Assembly: GCA_965612865.1 (NCBI GenBank)
Contig: CBFDTJ010000017.1
Location: 1-23,050 of the forward strand
Direction: 5' to 3'
Source: an uncultured bacterium
Lineage (GTDB): Bacteria > Caldisericota > Caldisericia > B22-G15
DNA: 23,050 nucleotides
Shown here piece by piece: positions 1 through 8,664 of this stretch (the first letter of the stretch is position 1; the number at the start of each line of letters is the position of its first letter). A model generated the notes under the pieces. It saw only the letters and a list, made by a program, of their open reading frames with translations, was not told where the DNA came from and ran no database searches. The position numbers and the translations under genes were made by a program.

Positions 1-69
1 ATGATACGGCGACCACCGAGATCTACACCTAAGCCTTCGTCGGCAGCGTCAGATGTGTATAAGAGACAG
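1..69 (+). other. Illumina P5 adapter + i5 index CTAAGCCT + Nextera read-1 sequence and Tn5 mosaic end (sequencing artefact)
   Basis: ATGATACGGCGACCACCGAGATCTACAC (1-28) is P5; CTAAGCCT (29-36) matches Nextera index 508; TCGTCGGCAGCGTC (37-50); AGATGTGTATAAGAGACAG (51-69) is the mosaic end. Confidence 0.99.
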
Positions 70-629
70 GTGTTCTTCAATCTGTACGGAGTTGAAAGAA
101 TGCAATAAATCATCGTGGAGCTTCTATCCCATAAATTTGAAATTAAATCCACAAGATGTTTATTCTTTGAAGCCTTATAGATACTAAAATGAAAAAGTCT
201 ATTAAGTTTCTGTATAGTTTTTATATTGAGATCGTTGGGCGTTCTGTATTCTTTTAATAAAGCCTTTATTTTATTATGTATTTTTTCTACCTTTTCTAAC
301 TCTTTGGTTGATATATTCTTACAGGCAAGTTTAACAGCTAAAATTTCTAAGGATTCTCTTATAATATATATCTCTTTTACTTCCTCAGCGCTGAACATTT
401 TGACCATAAATCCCTTCCTTGGCACAGAGACTATAAGCCCTTCTGCTTCTATTTTTCTTGCAGCTTCTCGAAGGGGCGTTCTGCTCACTTTCCATTTTTG
501 CGAGAGTTCCCTCAAGGAAATCATAGTTCCTGGCGTAAATTCTCCATTAACTATAGCTTCTCTTATTAATACAGCTATTTGATCAGTAAGTGTTTCTTTT
601 CTTATCTTAAATGATGACCCAGTCTTCAT
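70..629 (-). CDS. GntR-family (FadR/FCD-type) transcriptional regulator, 3' end truncated at contig end
   Basis: Missing from the ORF track because no stop codon is reached. Manual translation from ATG at 629 (SD AAGGAGG upstream): MKTGSSFKIRKETLTDQIAVLIREAIVNGEFTPGTMISLRELSQKWKVSRTPLREAARKIEAEGLIVSVPRKGFMV. It has the GntR wHTH motif VSRTPLREA, then FCD-like EIYIIRESLE and LNRLFHFSIYKASKN. Confidence 0.93.
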
Positions 630-719
630 CAGTGCCTCCTTACTTAACTTACTTAAAATACTACTGTTTTATAGTTTTATATATTTTAACTATACTATAA
701 TTTACTAAAAATATTATCC

Positions 720-747
720 TTGACAAAGAACAAGCTCATATTATAAT
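720..747 (+). promoter_or_regulatory. sigma70-type promoter of the HMGS-thiolase-DUF35-HMGR-liv operon
   Basis: Exact TTGACA (720-725), 16-nt spacer, exact TATAAT (742-747), upstream of SD GGGAGGT (782-788) and ATG 793. Confidence 0.85.
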
Positions 748-762
748 TAATTTAGATAAATC

Positions 763-779
763 TGGGATACAATATCCCA
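763..779. promoter_or_regulatory. Palindromic operator candidate (probably for the divergent GntR)
   Basis: TGGGATA-CAA-TATCCCA, a perfect 7-bp inverted repeat between the -10 box and the RBS, which is a typical repressor position. Assignment to GntR is inference. Confidence 0.6.
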
Positions 780-792
780 ATGGGAGGTATAA

Positions 793-1842
793 ATGATAGG
801 AATTGTGGGCTATGGTAGTTATATTCCATGGCGGCGAATTAGGATTGAGGAAATTGCGAAGGTGTGGAAGCAAGATGCAGAGGTGCTTAAAAGAGGACTT
901 CTGATCAAAGAAAAAACTGTTCCTGCAAAAGACGAAGATTCTGTTACAATAGCATTTGAAGCTTCAAAAAATGCACTAAAGAGAGCCCAAATAAATCCAG
1001 AAGATATTGGAGCTGTATATATTGGTTCAGAATCAAAGCCTTATGCTGTGAAACCATCATCTTCTATAATTGCTGATGCTTTAGGTATATCTCCTATAGT
1101 TCATACAGCTGATTATGAGTTTGCATGTAAAGCTGGTAGTGAATCGGTATTTGTGAGTTATTCGTTGGTTAAAGCTGGACTTGTAAAATTTGCTCTTGGA
1201 GTAGGTTCTGACACCTCGCAGGGTGCACCAAGAGATGCTTTAGAGTACACTGCATCTGCTGGAGGAGCTGCTTTTATAATGGGTTCAGAGAACATTATAG
1301 CTGAGGTAATAGAAACATTTTCATACACTACCGACACTCCCGATTTCTGGAGAAGAGATGGGCAATTCTACCCAAATCACACAGGTCCTTTTACTGGTGA
1401 ACCTGCTTATTTTACACACATAATAAATTCAGCAAAAGGATTAATGGAAAAGGCAGGAGTTTCTCCTAAAGAGATAACTTATGCAGTCTTTCACCAACCA
1501 AATGGTAGGTTTCCTCTTCGTGTAGGCAAAAGACTTGGATTCACCAAGGAACAGCTGGAGCCAGGATGGATAGTACCTGAAGTAGGCAATACATACTCAG
1601 GATGTTCATTGCTTGGATTTACTGCTGTTTTAGATATAGCGAAAGAGGGAGATATAATTCTTCTGACATCTTTTGGTTCTGGTGCTGGCAGTGATTCTTT
1701 CCTCTTTCGAATTACAAAAAGACTGGAAGAGGTAAGAGGAAACGCTCCCACTCTTAAAGACATGCTAAGCAGGAAACACTATGTAGATTATGCTACCTAT
1801 GCGTATCTTAGAGGAAAAATTTTAATGGGTAAGGAGGGTTAG
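793..1842 (+). CDS. Hydroxymethylglutaryl-CoA synthase, archaeal type
   Basis: N-terminal [27 protein letters not shown] (Glu80), EFACKAG (Cys112), FHQPNG (His234), GNTYSG and SFGSGAGSD. The 349-aa length is typical of archaeal HMGS. Confidence 0.92.
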   Translation: MIGIVGYGSYIPWRRIRIEEIAKVWKQDAEVLKRGLLIKEKTVPAKDEDSVTIAFEASKNALKRAQINPEDIGAVYIGSESKPYAVKPSSSIIADALGISPIVHTADYEFACKAGSESVFVSYSLVKAGLVKFALGVGSDTSQGAPRDALEYTASAGGAAFIMGSENIIAEVIETFSYTTDTPDFWRRDGQFYPNHTGPFTGEPAYFTHIINSAKGLMEKAGVSPKEITYAVFHQPNGRFPLRVGKRLGFTKEQLEPGWIVPEVGNTYSGCSLLGFTAVLDIAKEGDIILLTSFGSGAGSDSFLFRITKRLEEVRGNAPTLKDMLSRKHYVDYATYAYLRGKILMGKEG

Positions 1843-1843
1843 A

Positions 1844-3001
1844 ATGAGAGAAGTAGCCGTGGTTGGTATAGGAATAACGAAATTTGGAGCTTTGTGGGAT
1901 AAGTCCCTAAGAGATTTGGCAATAGAAGCCTCTTTAGAAGCCATAAACGATTCAGGAGTAGACCATATAGATTCAATGTATGTTGGAAATTTTTCTGCTG
2001 GTACTTTAATAGAGCAGGAACATATAGCACCCCTTGTGGCTGATTATCTTGGTCAAAATCCAATTCCTGCTACAAGAATAGAAAATGCTTGTGCCTCAGG
2101 AGCTTCTGCGCTTAAAATGGGATTCATTGAAGTGGCTTCTGGTATGAGTGATGTGGTAATGGTTTTAGGTGTAGAAAAGATGACTGATGTAACAACACCT
2201 CAAGCAGTCTATTCCCTATCACTGGCAGCAGATAGAGAATATGAAGGTTATCAAGGAATCACCTTCCCAGCACTTTTTGCACTTGTAGCTAAAAGACATA
2301 TGTTTGAATTTGGCACAACAAGAAAACAGCTTTCTTTAGTCGCAGTAAAAAATCACAAAAACGCTTCTAAGAATCCGAAAGCTCAATTCCACAATATAAT
2401 CACCACTGAAGACGTAGAGAAATCACCTATGATTGCTGATCCTCTTCATCTTTTTGACTGCTCTCCAATTACAGATGGTGCGGCGGCAGTGGTTTTGATG
2501 CCATTAGAAAAAGCTAAAAAACTTAACAATCATAAAATTATAAAAATAGCTGGAATCGGTCAAGCAAGTGACACCATAGCCATATATCAGAGAGAATCCT
2601 TTGTAAGCTTCAATGCAACTATTAAAGCGGCTGAAAGTGCATATAAAATGGCAGATAAAAGACCAGAAGATATAGATGTAGCAGAAGTACATGATTGTTT
2701 TACAATTGCTGAAATATGCACTATAGAAGATTTAGGATTCTTTGAAAAAGGGAGGGGAGGGGAAGCAATAGAAAACGGTTTAACCGATATTGACGGAAAG
2801 ATACCTGTTAACCCCAGTGGAGGTCTAAAAGGAAAGGGGCACCCTGTAGGAGCAACGGGAGTTGCTCAGATAGTTAACCTTGTGGAGCAATTACGTGGAG
2901 AAGCTGGAGAAAACCAAGTTAAAGATCCTAAGATTGCTTTGGCACATAATCTGGGGGGGTCGGGATCTACAGTAGTAGTAACAATTCTGGAGGTGGCATA
3001 A
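1844..3001 (+). CDS. Acetoacetyl-CoA thiolase, archaeal/SCP-x-like type
   Basis: ENACASG (Cys83), [44 protein letters not shown] and AHNLGG; SD AAGGAGG; lies between HMGS and DUF35. Confidence 0.92.
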   Translation: MREVAVVGIGITKFGALWDKSLRDLAIEASLEAINDSGVDHIDSMYVGNFSAGTLIEQEHIAPLVADYLGQNPIPATRIENACASGASALKMGFIEVASGMSDVVMVLGVEKMTDVTTPQAVYSLSLAADREYEGYQGITFPALFALVAKRHMFEFGTTRKQLSLVAVKNHKNASKNPKAQFHNIITTEDVEKSPMIADPLHLFDCSPITDGAAAVVLMPLEKAKKLNNHKIIKIAGIGQASDTIAIYQRESFVSFNATIKAAESAYKMADKRPEDIDVAEVHDCFTIAEICTIEDLGFFEKGRGGEAIENGLTDIDGKIPVNPSGGLKGKGHPVGATGVAQIVNLVEQLRGEAGENQVKDPKIALAHNLGGSGSTVVVTILEVA

Positions 3002-3393
3002 TGTTTACAATTCCAAGGATCTGGAGAGAGAAAAAGCAAAGATACAGACTTGAAGGTTCAAAATGCAAAAAGTGCAGTTATACATCTTTTCCACCCCGTA
3101 AAGTCTGTCCAAAATGCGGGTCAGAAGAATTGGAAATCATAAAACTTCCAGAAACAGGAAAAATATTGACTTATACAATAGTAAGGAATGCTCCTATTGG
3201 ATTTACTGAATTTGCTCCCTATGCTGTAGGTGTTATAGAACTGGAAGATGGAACAAGAATGTTAGCTCAGATTGTAGATAGTAACTTTGAGGATATTGAT
3301 ATTGGAAAAAAGGTGAAATTGGTCTTTAGAAAGCTATTTAGTGAGGGAGAGGCAGGAGTTATAATTTATGGTCATAAGTGTAAACTTATATAA
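3001..3393 (+). CDS. DUF35-family Zn-ribbon/OB-fold protein (scaffold of the thiolase/HMGS complex)
   Basis: CKKC...FPPRKVCPKC zinc ribbon, then GKILTYTIV...PYAVGVIELEDG...IGKKVKLVFRK OB fold; TAATG stop/start overlap with the thiolase. Confidence 0.92.
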   Translation: MFTIPRIWREKKQRYRLEGSKCKKCSYTSFPPRKVCPKCGSEELEIIKLPETGKILTYTIVRNAPIGFTEFAPYAVGVIELEDGTRMLAQIVDSNFEDIDIGKKVKLVFRKLFSEGEAGVIIYGHKCKLI

Positions 3394-3423
3394 TAAAAAG
3401 TTTATAAATAAAGGGAGAGAATT

Positions 3424-4722
3424 ATGAAAAAAAATTCAAGATTTCCTGGTTTTTATAAACTGACGATTCAGGAAAGAGTCGAAAAAATAAAAGAATTTTC
3501 AGATCTCTCGGATGAAGAAGTGAACCTATTGTTTAATAAGGGAAATCTGGGTTTAGAGAAAGCTAATAGAATGATAGAAAATGTTATAGGAACCTTCAGT
3601 ATGCCTTTTGCCGTGGCCGTAAATTTCTTAATCAATGACAGGGATTATGTGGTGCCTATGGTTATAGAGGAACCCTCAGTAGTTGCAGCCTTAAGCTTTG
3701 CTGCAAAGCTCGCCAGAGAGGGTGGAGGGTTTACTTCTGTTTATTCAGGCTCAATAACAACTGGTCAAATTCAAATTACAGATTTAAAAGATCCATTCGG
3801 AGCAAAGGTAGAGATATTAAAGCATAGAGAAGAAATTATAAAGACTGCAAATGATAAAGATCCTCTATTAATAAGCCTTGGAGGGGGAGTAACCGATGTT
3901 GAAGTAAGGGTTCTAAAAGATTCCACTGAGAGCCTTGTGATAGTTCACTTATATGTAGATACCAAAGACGCTATGGGGGCAAATACAGTAAATACAATGT
4001 GTGAATCGGTGGCGCCTTTGTTGGAAAAGATAACTGGAGGAAAGGTATATCTGAGAATTATATCCAACCTTTCTGATAGAAGGATAGTAAGATCCAAATG
4101 CAAAGTACCAAAAGATGCTTTAAAGTTTAGTAATTTTACAGGAGAAGAAGTTATAGAGGGAATCTTAAAGGCTTACAATTTTGCAAAGCTTGATCCCTAC
4201 AGAGCTACAACTCACAACAAGGGGATTATGAACGGTATAGATCCTGTTCTTATAGCCACAGGAAATGATTGGAGAGCGCAAGAAGCAGCAGCTCACGCCT
4301 ATGCCTCAAAAGATGGTAAGTATAAACCCTTAACAGTTTGGGAAAAAGACGCTAATGGTGATCTTGTAGGAACTATTGAAATGCCAGTTCTTGTAGGTAT
4401 TGTGGGAGGTGCAACAAAAGTTCATCCTCTTGCTCAATTGTCTCTAAAGATTATGGGTATAAAAAGTGTCAAAGAGTTAGCAGAGGTTATAGGTGCTGTA
4501 GGTCTGGGACAAAATCTCGCTGCTCTAAGAGTCTTAAGCACTGAAGGATTGCAGAAAGGACATATGAGATTGCATGCTAGGAACATAGCTTCAACTGCTG
4601 GGATCCCTGATGAATATGTAGAACAGGTGGCAAGCTTAATGATAAAAGAGGGTATTATAAGGGTGGATAAAGCCAAAGAATTGTATGAAATGCTTCGTAA
4701 AAAAACTGATAAGAATTCATAA
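3424..4722 (+). CDS. mvaA: Hydroxymethylglutaryl-CoA reductase, class II (NAD(H)-type cofactor helix)
   Basis: ENVIG, VPMVIEEPSVVAA, DAMGANTVNT, RATTHNKGIMNG, TGNDWRAQEA, EGLQKGHMRLHARN; cofactor helix ANDKDPLLISLGGG. Confidence 0.95.
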   Translation: MKKNSRFPGFYKLTIQERVEKIKEFSDLSDEEVNLLFNKGNLGLEKANRMIENVIGTFSMPFAVAVNFLINDRDYVVPMVIEEPSVVAALSFAAKLAREGGGFTSVYSGSITTGQIQITDLKDPFGAKVEILKHREEIIKTANDKDPLLISLGGGVTDVEVRVLKDSTESLVIVHLYVDTKDAMGANTVNTMCESVAPLLEKITGGKVYLRIISNLSDRRIVRSKCKVPKDALKFSNFTGEEVIEGILKAYNFAKLDPYRATTHNKGIMNGIDPVLIATGNDWRAQEAAAHAYASKDGKYKPLTVWEKDANGDLVGTIEMPVLVGIVGGATKVHPLAQLSLKIMGIKSVKELAEVIGAVGLGQNLAALRVLSTEGLQKGHMRLHARNIASTAGIPDEYVEQVASLMIKEGIIRVDKAKELYEMLRKKTDKNS

Positions 4723-4787
4723 AAGGGAGGTGATAACAAATTAAAATTTGTTCCAAAAATAAATTTATTTAAAAGGAGGTGGAGTGC

Positions 4788-6032
4788 ATGAAATTCAAGA
4801 GAATTCTTATTTTGATTTTGGCTGTGAGTTTAATGAGTGCTTTGGTGGTGTGGGGTTGTGCACCAAAGGAAGAGAAACCTCCAGAAGAGGGAACAAAAGA
4901 ACCCATCAAGATTGGAGCTGTAATTCCTCTAAGCGGAGGACCTTTTGCAGAAGCAGGGCAAGAACAGAGAATTGGACTCTTAATGGCGGAGAAGGAAATA
5001 AATGAAAAAGGTGGAATCTTAGGAAGACCTTTAAAATTAATAATTGAAGATGATCAGTGCAAATCAGAAACAGGTATAGCCGCCTGCACTAAACTAATAA
5101 CCCAGGATAAGGTGGTAGCACTTATTGGTGGTTACTCCAGCACAATAACATTTGCTGAAATGAATGCAATTTCATCATACGAACCTATAGTGGTATGGAT
5201 GGGAGCTTCATCTGTAAAAGTAGAGCATGAATTCGGACCTAAAAAATGGTTCTTCCATTTACACCCTTGGGACTACCATCGTCAAAGTACCGTTGTTGAA
5301 TTCTTTAAATCATTGACACCAAAACCAAAAACAATTGCCTTAACGTATGAGGATGGTATCTACGGAACAACAAGTGCTGATTACTTCAGAAAATATGCTG
5401 AAGAGGCTGGATTTGAAATAATCTTTGATGAACCACATAAGAGTGGTTCCTCTGACTTTACCTCACTTCTAACCAAGGTAAAGGCTAAAAATCCTGATAT
5501 TTTCTATAGTGTAAGCTATGCAGGCGATTACATAATTCAGATAAAGCAAGCAAAGGAAGTTGATTTCTCTCCAAAACTCTTCACCATTGTTGCTCCACTA
5601 TTTCCTGGATATAAAGATTCATTAGGAAAAGCCGGCGATTACATTGTAGGAGTCAACCCATGGGCTTCCACTTTGAATATCGAAGGATTAAAGGAGTGGT
5701 TAGACAGACTCCATGAAATGTATCCTGAGAAAAAAGATATAGAATATTGGGTTCCTCTTGGTTATACAAATCTTATGGTTGTAGCTGAAGCTATAAACAA
5801 AGCTGGCACTACAGATAAGGATAAGGTTATAGAGGCTTTAGAAAATATTGATATGATGACACCTTTTGGAAGATTAAAATTTGAACCCAGTGATGAGGGT
5901 GGACTCCATCAAGCCTTTACTAATCTTGTTATGGTACAGTGGCAAAACCTTAAACCTGTAGTTGTATTTCCACCAGAGGTAGCTGAAGGTAAGGTTATTT
6001 ATCCAGTGCCAAGCTGGAAGGAAAGGGATTAG
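4788..6032 (+). CDS. ABC importer substrate-binding lipoprotein, LivK/HAAT (periplasmic binding protein type 1) family
   Basis: Start placed at ATG 4788 (SD AGGAGG 4774-4779). Signal peptide MKFKRILILILAVSLMSALVVWG-C ends in a lipobox. IKIGAVIPLSG, INEKGGILGRPLKLIIEDD and DFTSLLTKVK are family motifs. The ligand is unknown. Confidence 0.88.
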   Translation: MKFKRILILILAVSLMSALVVWGCAPKEEKPPEEGTKEPIKIGAVIPLSGGPFAEAGQEQRIGLLMAEKEINEKGGILGRPLKLIIEDDQCKSETGIAACTKLITQDKVVALIGGYSSTITFAEMNAISSYEPIVVWMGASSVKVEHEFGPKKWFFHLHPWDYHRQSTVVEFFKSLTPKPKTIALTYEDGIYGTTSADYFRKYAEEAGFEIIFDEPHKSGSSDFTSLLTKVKAKNPDIFYSVSYAGDYIIQIKQAKEVDFSPKLFTIVAPLFPGYKDSLGKAGDYIVGVNPWASTLNIEGLKEWLDRLHEMYPEKKDIEYWVPLGYTNLMVVAEAINKAGTTDKDKVIEALENIDMMTPFGRLKFEPSDEGGLHQAFTNLVMVQWQNLKPVVVFPPEVAEGKVIYPVPSWKERD

Positions 6033-6052
6033 TAAATCATAAGAAAGGAGGA

Positions 6053-6072
6053 TGAGGGGGGAAACCCCCTCA
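6053..6072 (+). other. Intercistronic GC-rich RNA hairpin after the binding-protein gene
   Basis: TGAGGGGG-GAAA-CCCCCTCA: 8-bp stem with a GNRA tetraloop and no U-tract, so more likely an mRNA-stabilising or attenuating hairpin than a strong intrinsic terminator. Confidence 0.7.
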
Positions 6073-6082
6073 ATAGGGTAAT

Positions 6083-6949
6083 ATGACAAATTTCTTGCAA
6101 ACAACCTTTAATGGAATACTAACTTCTGGGGTATATATTGTTGTAACATTGGGACTTGCTCTCGTCTTTGGAATAATGAGGATTATAAACTTCGCTCATG
6201 GTGAGCTTGTAATGATAGGTGCCTATATAACTTACTGGATGTTCATTCTGTTTGGAGTTAATCCCTATATCTCTTTAATACTTGATGCCGGAATAGTTTT
6301 TCTTATTGGTGTTTTAATGCATAAACTCGCAATTGAGAAGATACTTGATGCTCCCTCAATTGACCAAGTACTTTTAACTTTTGGTTTTTCGGTCCTATTT
6401 CAGAACATAGCATTAATATTATGGACAGCTAATCCTTTAGCTCTCTCCAGAGAAACGGTAAGTGTAAAAATAGGAAATATACAATTTGGCAAAGACAGAT
6501 TGATTGTCTTTATAATTGGTGTAGCAATAGCTTTAATTCTGAACTTCATCCTTTCAAAAACCAAAATAGGCAAGACCCTGAATGCTGTTAGTCAGAATAG
6601 AACAGCATCTTATCTTGTAGGAATTAATGTTCCTCTCTTTTACACAATAGCATTTGGTATATCTGCTGCTTTAGCTGGAATAGCTGGGGGATTAATAAGT
6701 ACAGTAATGTACACATCTCCATACGTGGGAGCAAGGCTGGGTCTGCGTGCTTTTGCTATTCTGACTCTTGCGGGATTGGGAAATATTAATATGACATTAA
6801 TAGCCAGCTTAATATTGGGTTTATCTGAATCGTATATAAGTGTGTATGTTCCCCAGGGTCCCGGATGGGCAGAAGGGGTATCCTTTCTAATTATTTTAAT
6901 TGTTCTTGCTGTAAGACCCAGTGGATTAAAAGGAATGAGGGCAGAATGA
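6083..6949 (+). CDS. livH: Branched-chain amino acid-type ABC transporter permease (LivH-like)
   Basis: GLALVFGIMRIINFAHGE, KTKIGKTLNAVSQN..ASYLVGIN and AFGISAALAGIAG motifs; hydrophobic. Confidence 0.9.
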   Translation: MTNFLQTTFNGILTSGVYIVVTLGLALVFGIMRIINFAHGELVMIGAYITYWMFILFGVNPYISLILDAGIVFLIGVLMHKLAIEKILDAPSIDQVLLTFGFSVLFQNIALILWTANPLALSRETVSVKIGNIQFGKDRLIVFIIGVAIALILNFILSKTKIGKTLNAVSQNRTASYLVGINVPLFYTIAFGISAALAGIAGGLISTVMYTSPYVGARLGLRAFAILTLAGLGNINMTLIASLILGLSESYISVYVPQGPGWAEGVSFLIILIVLAVRPSGLKGMRAE

Positions 6950-7908
6950 TGGAAAGAAACAATATTAAAAAAATAATACTATCTTGGATAATCATATTTG
7001 GGATAAGTGCAAGCATACCATTGTTTATAGGCTCGTATTATATTCATCTTGCCACAAGTGTTTTTATATATATAGCTCTAACTATTGCTATAGGAATCCT
7101 TGCAAAAACAGGACAAGTATCAATTGGACAGGCTGCCTTTTTTGGTATAGGGGCTTATACTGCAGCAATATTCTGTAAATACTTTGGTTCTTCACCCTTT
7201 GTCGAGTTCGTACTCGCAGGCGCCGTATCAAGTATCTTCGCCTTAGGTTTAGGAGCTATAACCTTAAGATTAAAGGGGATATACTTTTCAATTGCCACTC
7301 TTAGTTTTGCTGAAACATTACTTGTTATATCAAATATGGAGAGAAAAATCCTTGGAGGTGCAACTGGCATAGCAGTTCCACCTTTATTTGATAATAAGAT
7401 CCTTCCAAACTACTATTTGAGTTTATTCCTTGCATTCCTTACACTTATAATCGCTTACTTCGTGAGTAACTCAAAAATAGGATTTGCCTCTACAGTTATA
7501 CGTCATGATGAGAGAGTGGCAAACTCAATAGGAATAAATCCAACAAAGTATAAAATTGTGGCTTTCTTAATAAGCGCATTTATAACAGGGGTAATTGGTG
7601 CGTATTTTATGCATTATGTCACATTTATTGTGCCAGATGAAGTCTTTGGATTGCATATCTCTGTGGCGATACTTGCGATGGCAATTTTTGGAGGTATCTA
7701 TTCAGTTGAAGGAGCTTTTATAGGAGCTGCTTCTCTAAAGATACTTGAAGAATATTTAAGACTCAAGATTCGTTACGGACATATGATAGGATATGGAATA
7801 ATACTCATTCTTGCAGTTCTGTTTATGCCAAACGGAGTAATAGGTTTACTTACTAAAGGTAGAAAAGGTTTTAGAAATCCTTTTAAATCAATTATAAAGA
7901 GGAGTTAA
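6946..7908 (+). CDS. livM: Branched-chain amino acid-type ABC transporter permease (LivM-like)
   Basis: Start placed at the ATGA overlap with the livH stop. TGQVSIGQAAFFGIGAY, LRLKGIYFSIATL, DERVANSIGIN and LFMPNGVIG motifs. Confidence 0.9.
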   Translation: MMERNNIKKIILSWIIIFGISASIPLFIGSYYIHLATSVFIYIALTIAIGILAKTGQVSIGQAAFFGIGAYTAAIFCKYFGSSPFVEFVLAGAVSSIFALGLGAITLRLKGIYFSIATLSFAETLLVISNMERKILGGATGIAVPPLFDNKILPNYYLSLFLAFLTLIIAYFVSNSKIGFASTVIRHDERVANSIGINPTKYKIVAFLISAFITGVIGAYFMHYVTFIVPDEVFGLHISVAILAMAIFGGIYSVEGAFIGAASLKILEEYLRLKIRYGHMIGYGIILILAVLFMPNGVIGLLTKGRKGFRNPFKSIIKRS

Positions 7909-7911
7909 AAA

Positions 7912-8664
7912 ATGGAGTTACTTGAGGTAAAAAATATTACTAAAACATTCAAAGGCTTGGTAGCGGTGAATAAGGTCTCCTTCAATATAAAAGAGGGAGA
8001 AATTGTTGGTTTAATAGGTCCAAATGGAGCAGGTAAATCCACAGTATTTGATATGATAACTGGAATAAGACCGCCTGATGGATCCTCGCCTTTTCCAGAC
8101 TCTGGAGATATCATTTTTAAGGGGAAGAGTATCGTAAAACTTCCTGCGTATATCCGCTGTAATTTAGGTATAGGAAGAACTTTTCAGTTAACTAAACCGC
8201 TGAGAGAAATGACCGTCTTCGAAAATGTATATGTTGCTCTTCTCTTCAGCAAAAAATCTGCAGGAAATAGAAAAAATCTCTCAAAAACTGCAAAGGAAAT
8301 ATGCGAATTAGTTAGTTTAGATAGGAAAATGGAAGAGCTGGCTTCAAACTTAACAGTACCTGACAGGAAAAAATTGGAATTAGCCAGGGCGTTGGCTACT
8401 CAACCAGAACTTCTCCTGCTGGATGAAGTAATGGCAGGTTTAAATCCATCGGAAGTAATGGAAGCTTGCAATTTAATTAAAAAAATAAGAGATTTAGGAA
8501 TTACAATTCTTGTTGTTGAGCATGTTATGAAAGCAATAATGAATATATCTGATAGAATCATCGTTTTAGATCACGGTATTAAAATAGCTGAGGGCAAGCC
8601 TGAAGAAGTAGTAAATAATCAAAAAGTGATAGAGGCCTATCTGGGAGAGGAGAAAACGGTATGA
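7912..8664 (+). CDS. livG: ABC transporter ATP-binding subunit (LivG-like)
   Basis: Walker A GPNGAGKS, GIGRTFQ, KLELARAL, LLLLDEVMAGLN, VEH, C-terminal VIEAYLG. Confidence 0.92.
   Translation: MELLEVKNITKTFKGLVAVNKVSFNIKEGEIVGLIGPNGAGKSTVFDMITGIRPPDGSSPFPDSGDIIFKGKSIVKLPAYIRCNLGIGRTFQLTKPLREMTVFENVYVALLFSKKSAGNRKNLSKTAKEICELVSLDRKMEELASNLTVPDRKKLELARALATQPELLLLDEVMAGLNPSEVMEACNLIKKIRDLGITILVVEHVMKAIMNISDRIIVLDHGIKIAEGKPEEVVNNQKVIEAYLGEEKTV

Noticed and set aside
226..582. 118-aa plus-strand ORF from the track
   Set aside because: It is the antisense shadow of the GntR gene on the minus strand, which has family motifs and an SD.
793..3393. Interpretation as a PhlABC-type (2,4-diacetylphloroglucinol) acetyltransferase cluster
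   Set aside because: The HMGS catalytic Glu/Cys/His are intact, HMG-CoA reductase follows directly, and no type III PKS is present.
3381..3423. TATAAT and a weak inverted repeat before HMGR as an internal promoter or terminator
   Set aside because: No -35 or extended -10, the stem is AT-only, and the match overlaps the DUF35 stop codon; consistent with chance.
4779..4787. GTG start for the binding protein
   Set aside because: The GTG overlaps the SD itself; ATG 4788 has proper spacing and gives a clean signal peptide.
6865..6945. Cys-rich N-terminal extension of LivM
   Set aside because: It lies inside livH in another frame; the ATGA overlap at 6946 is the more plausible start.
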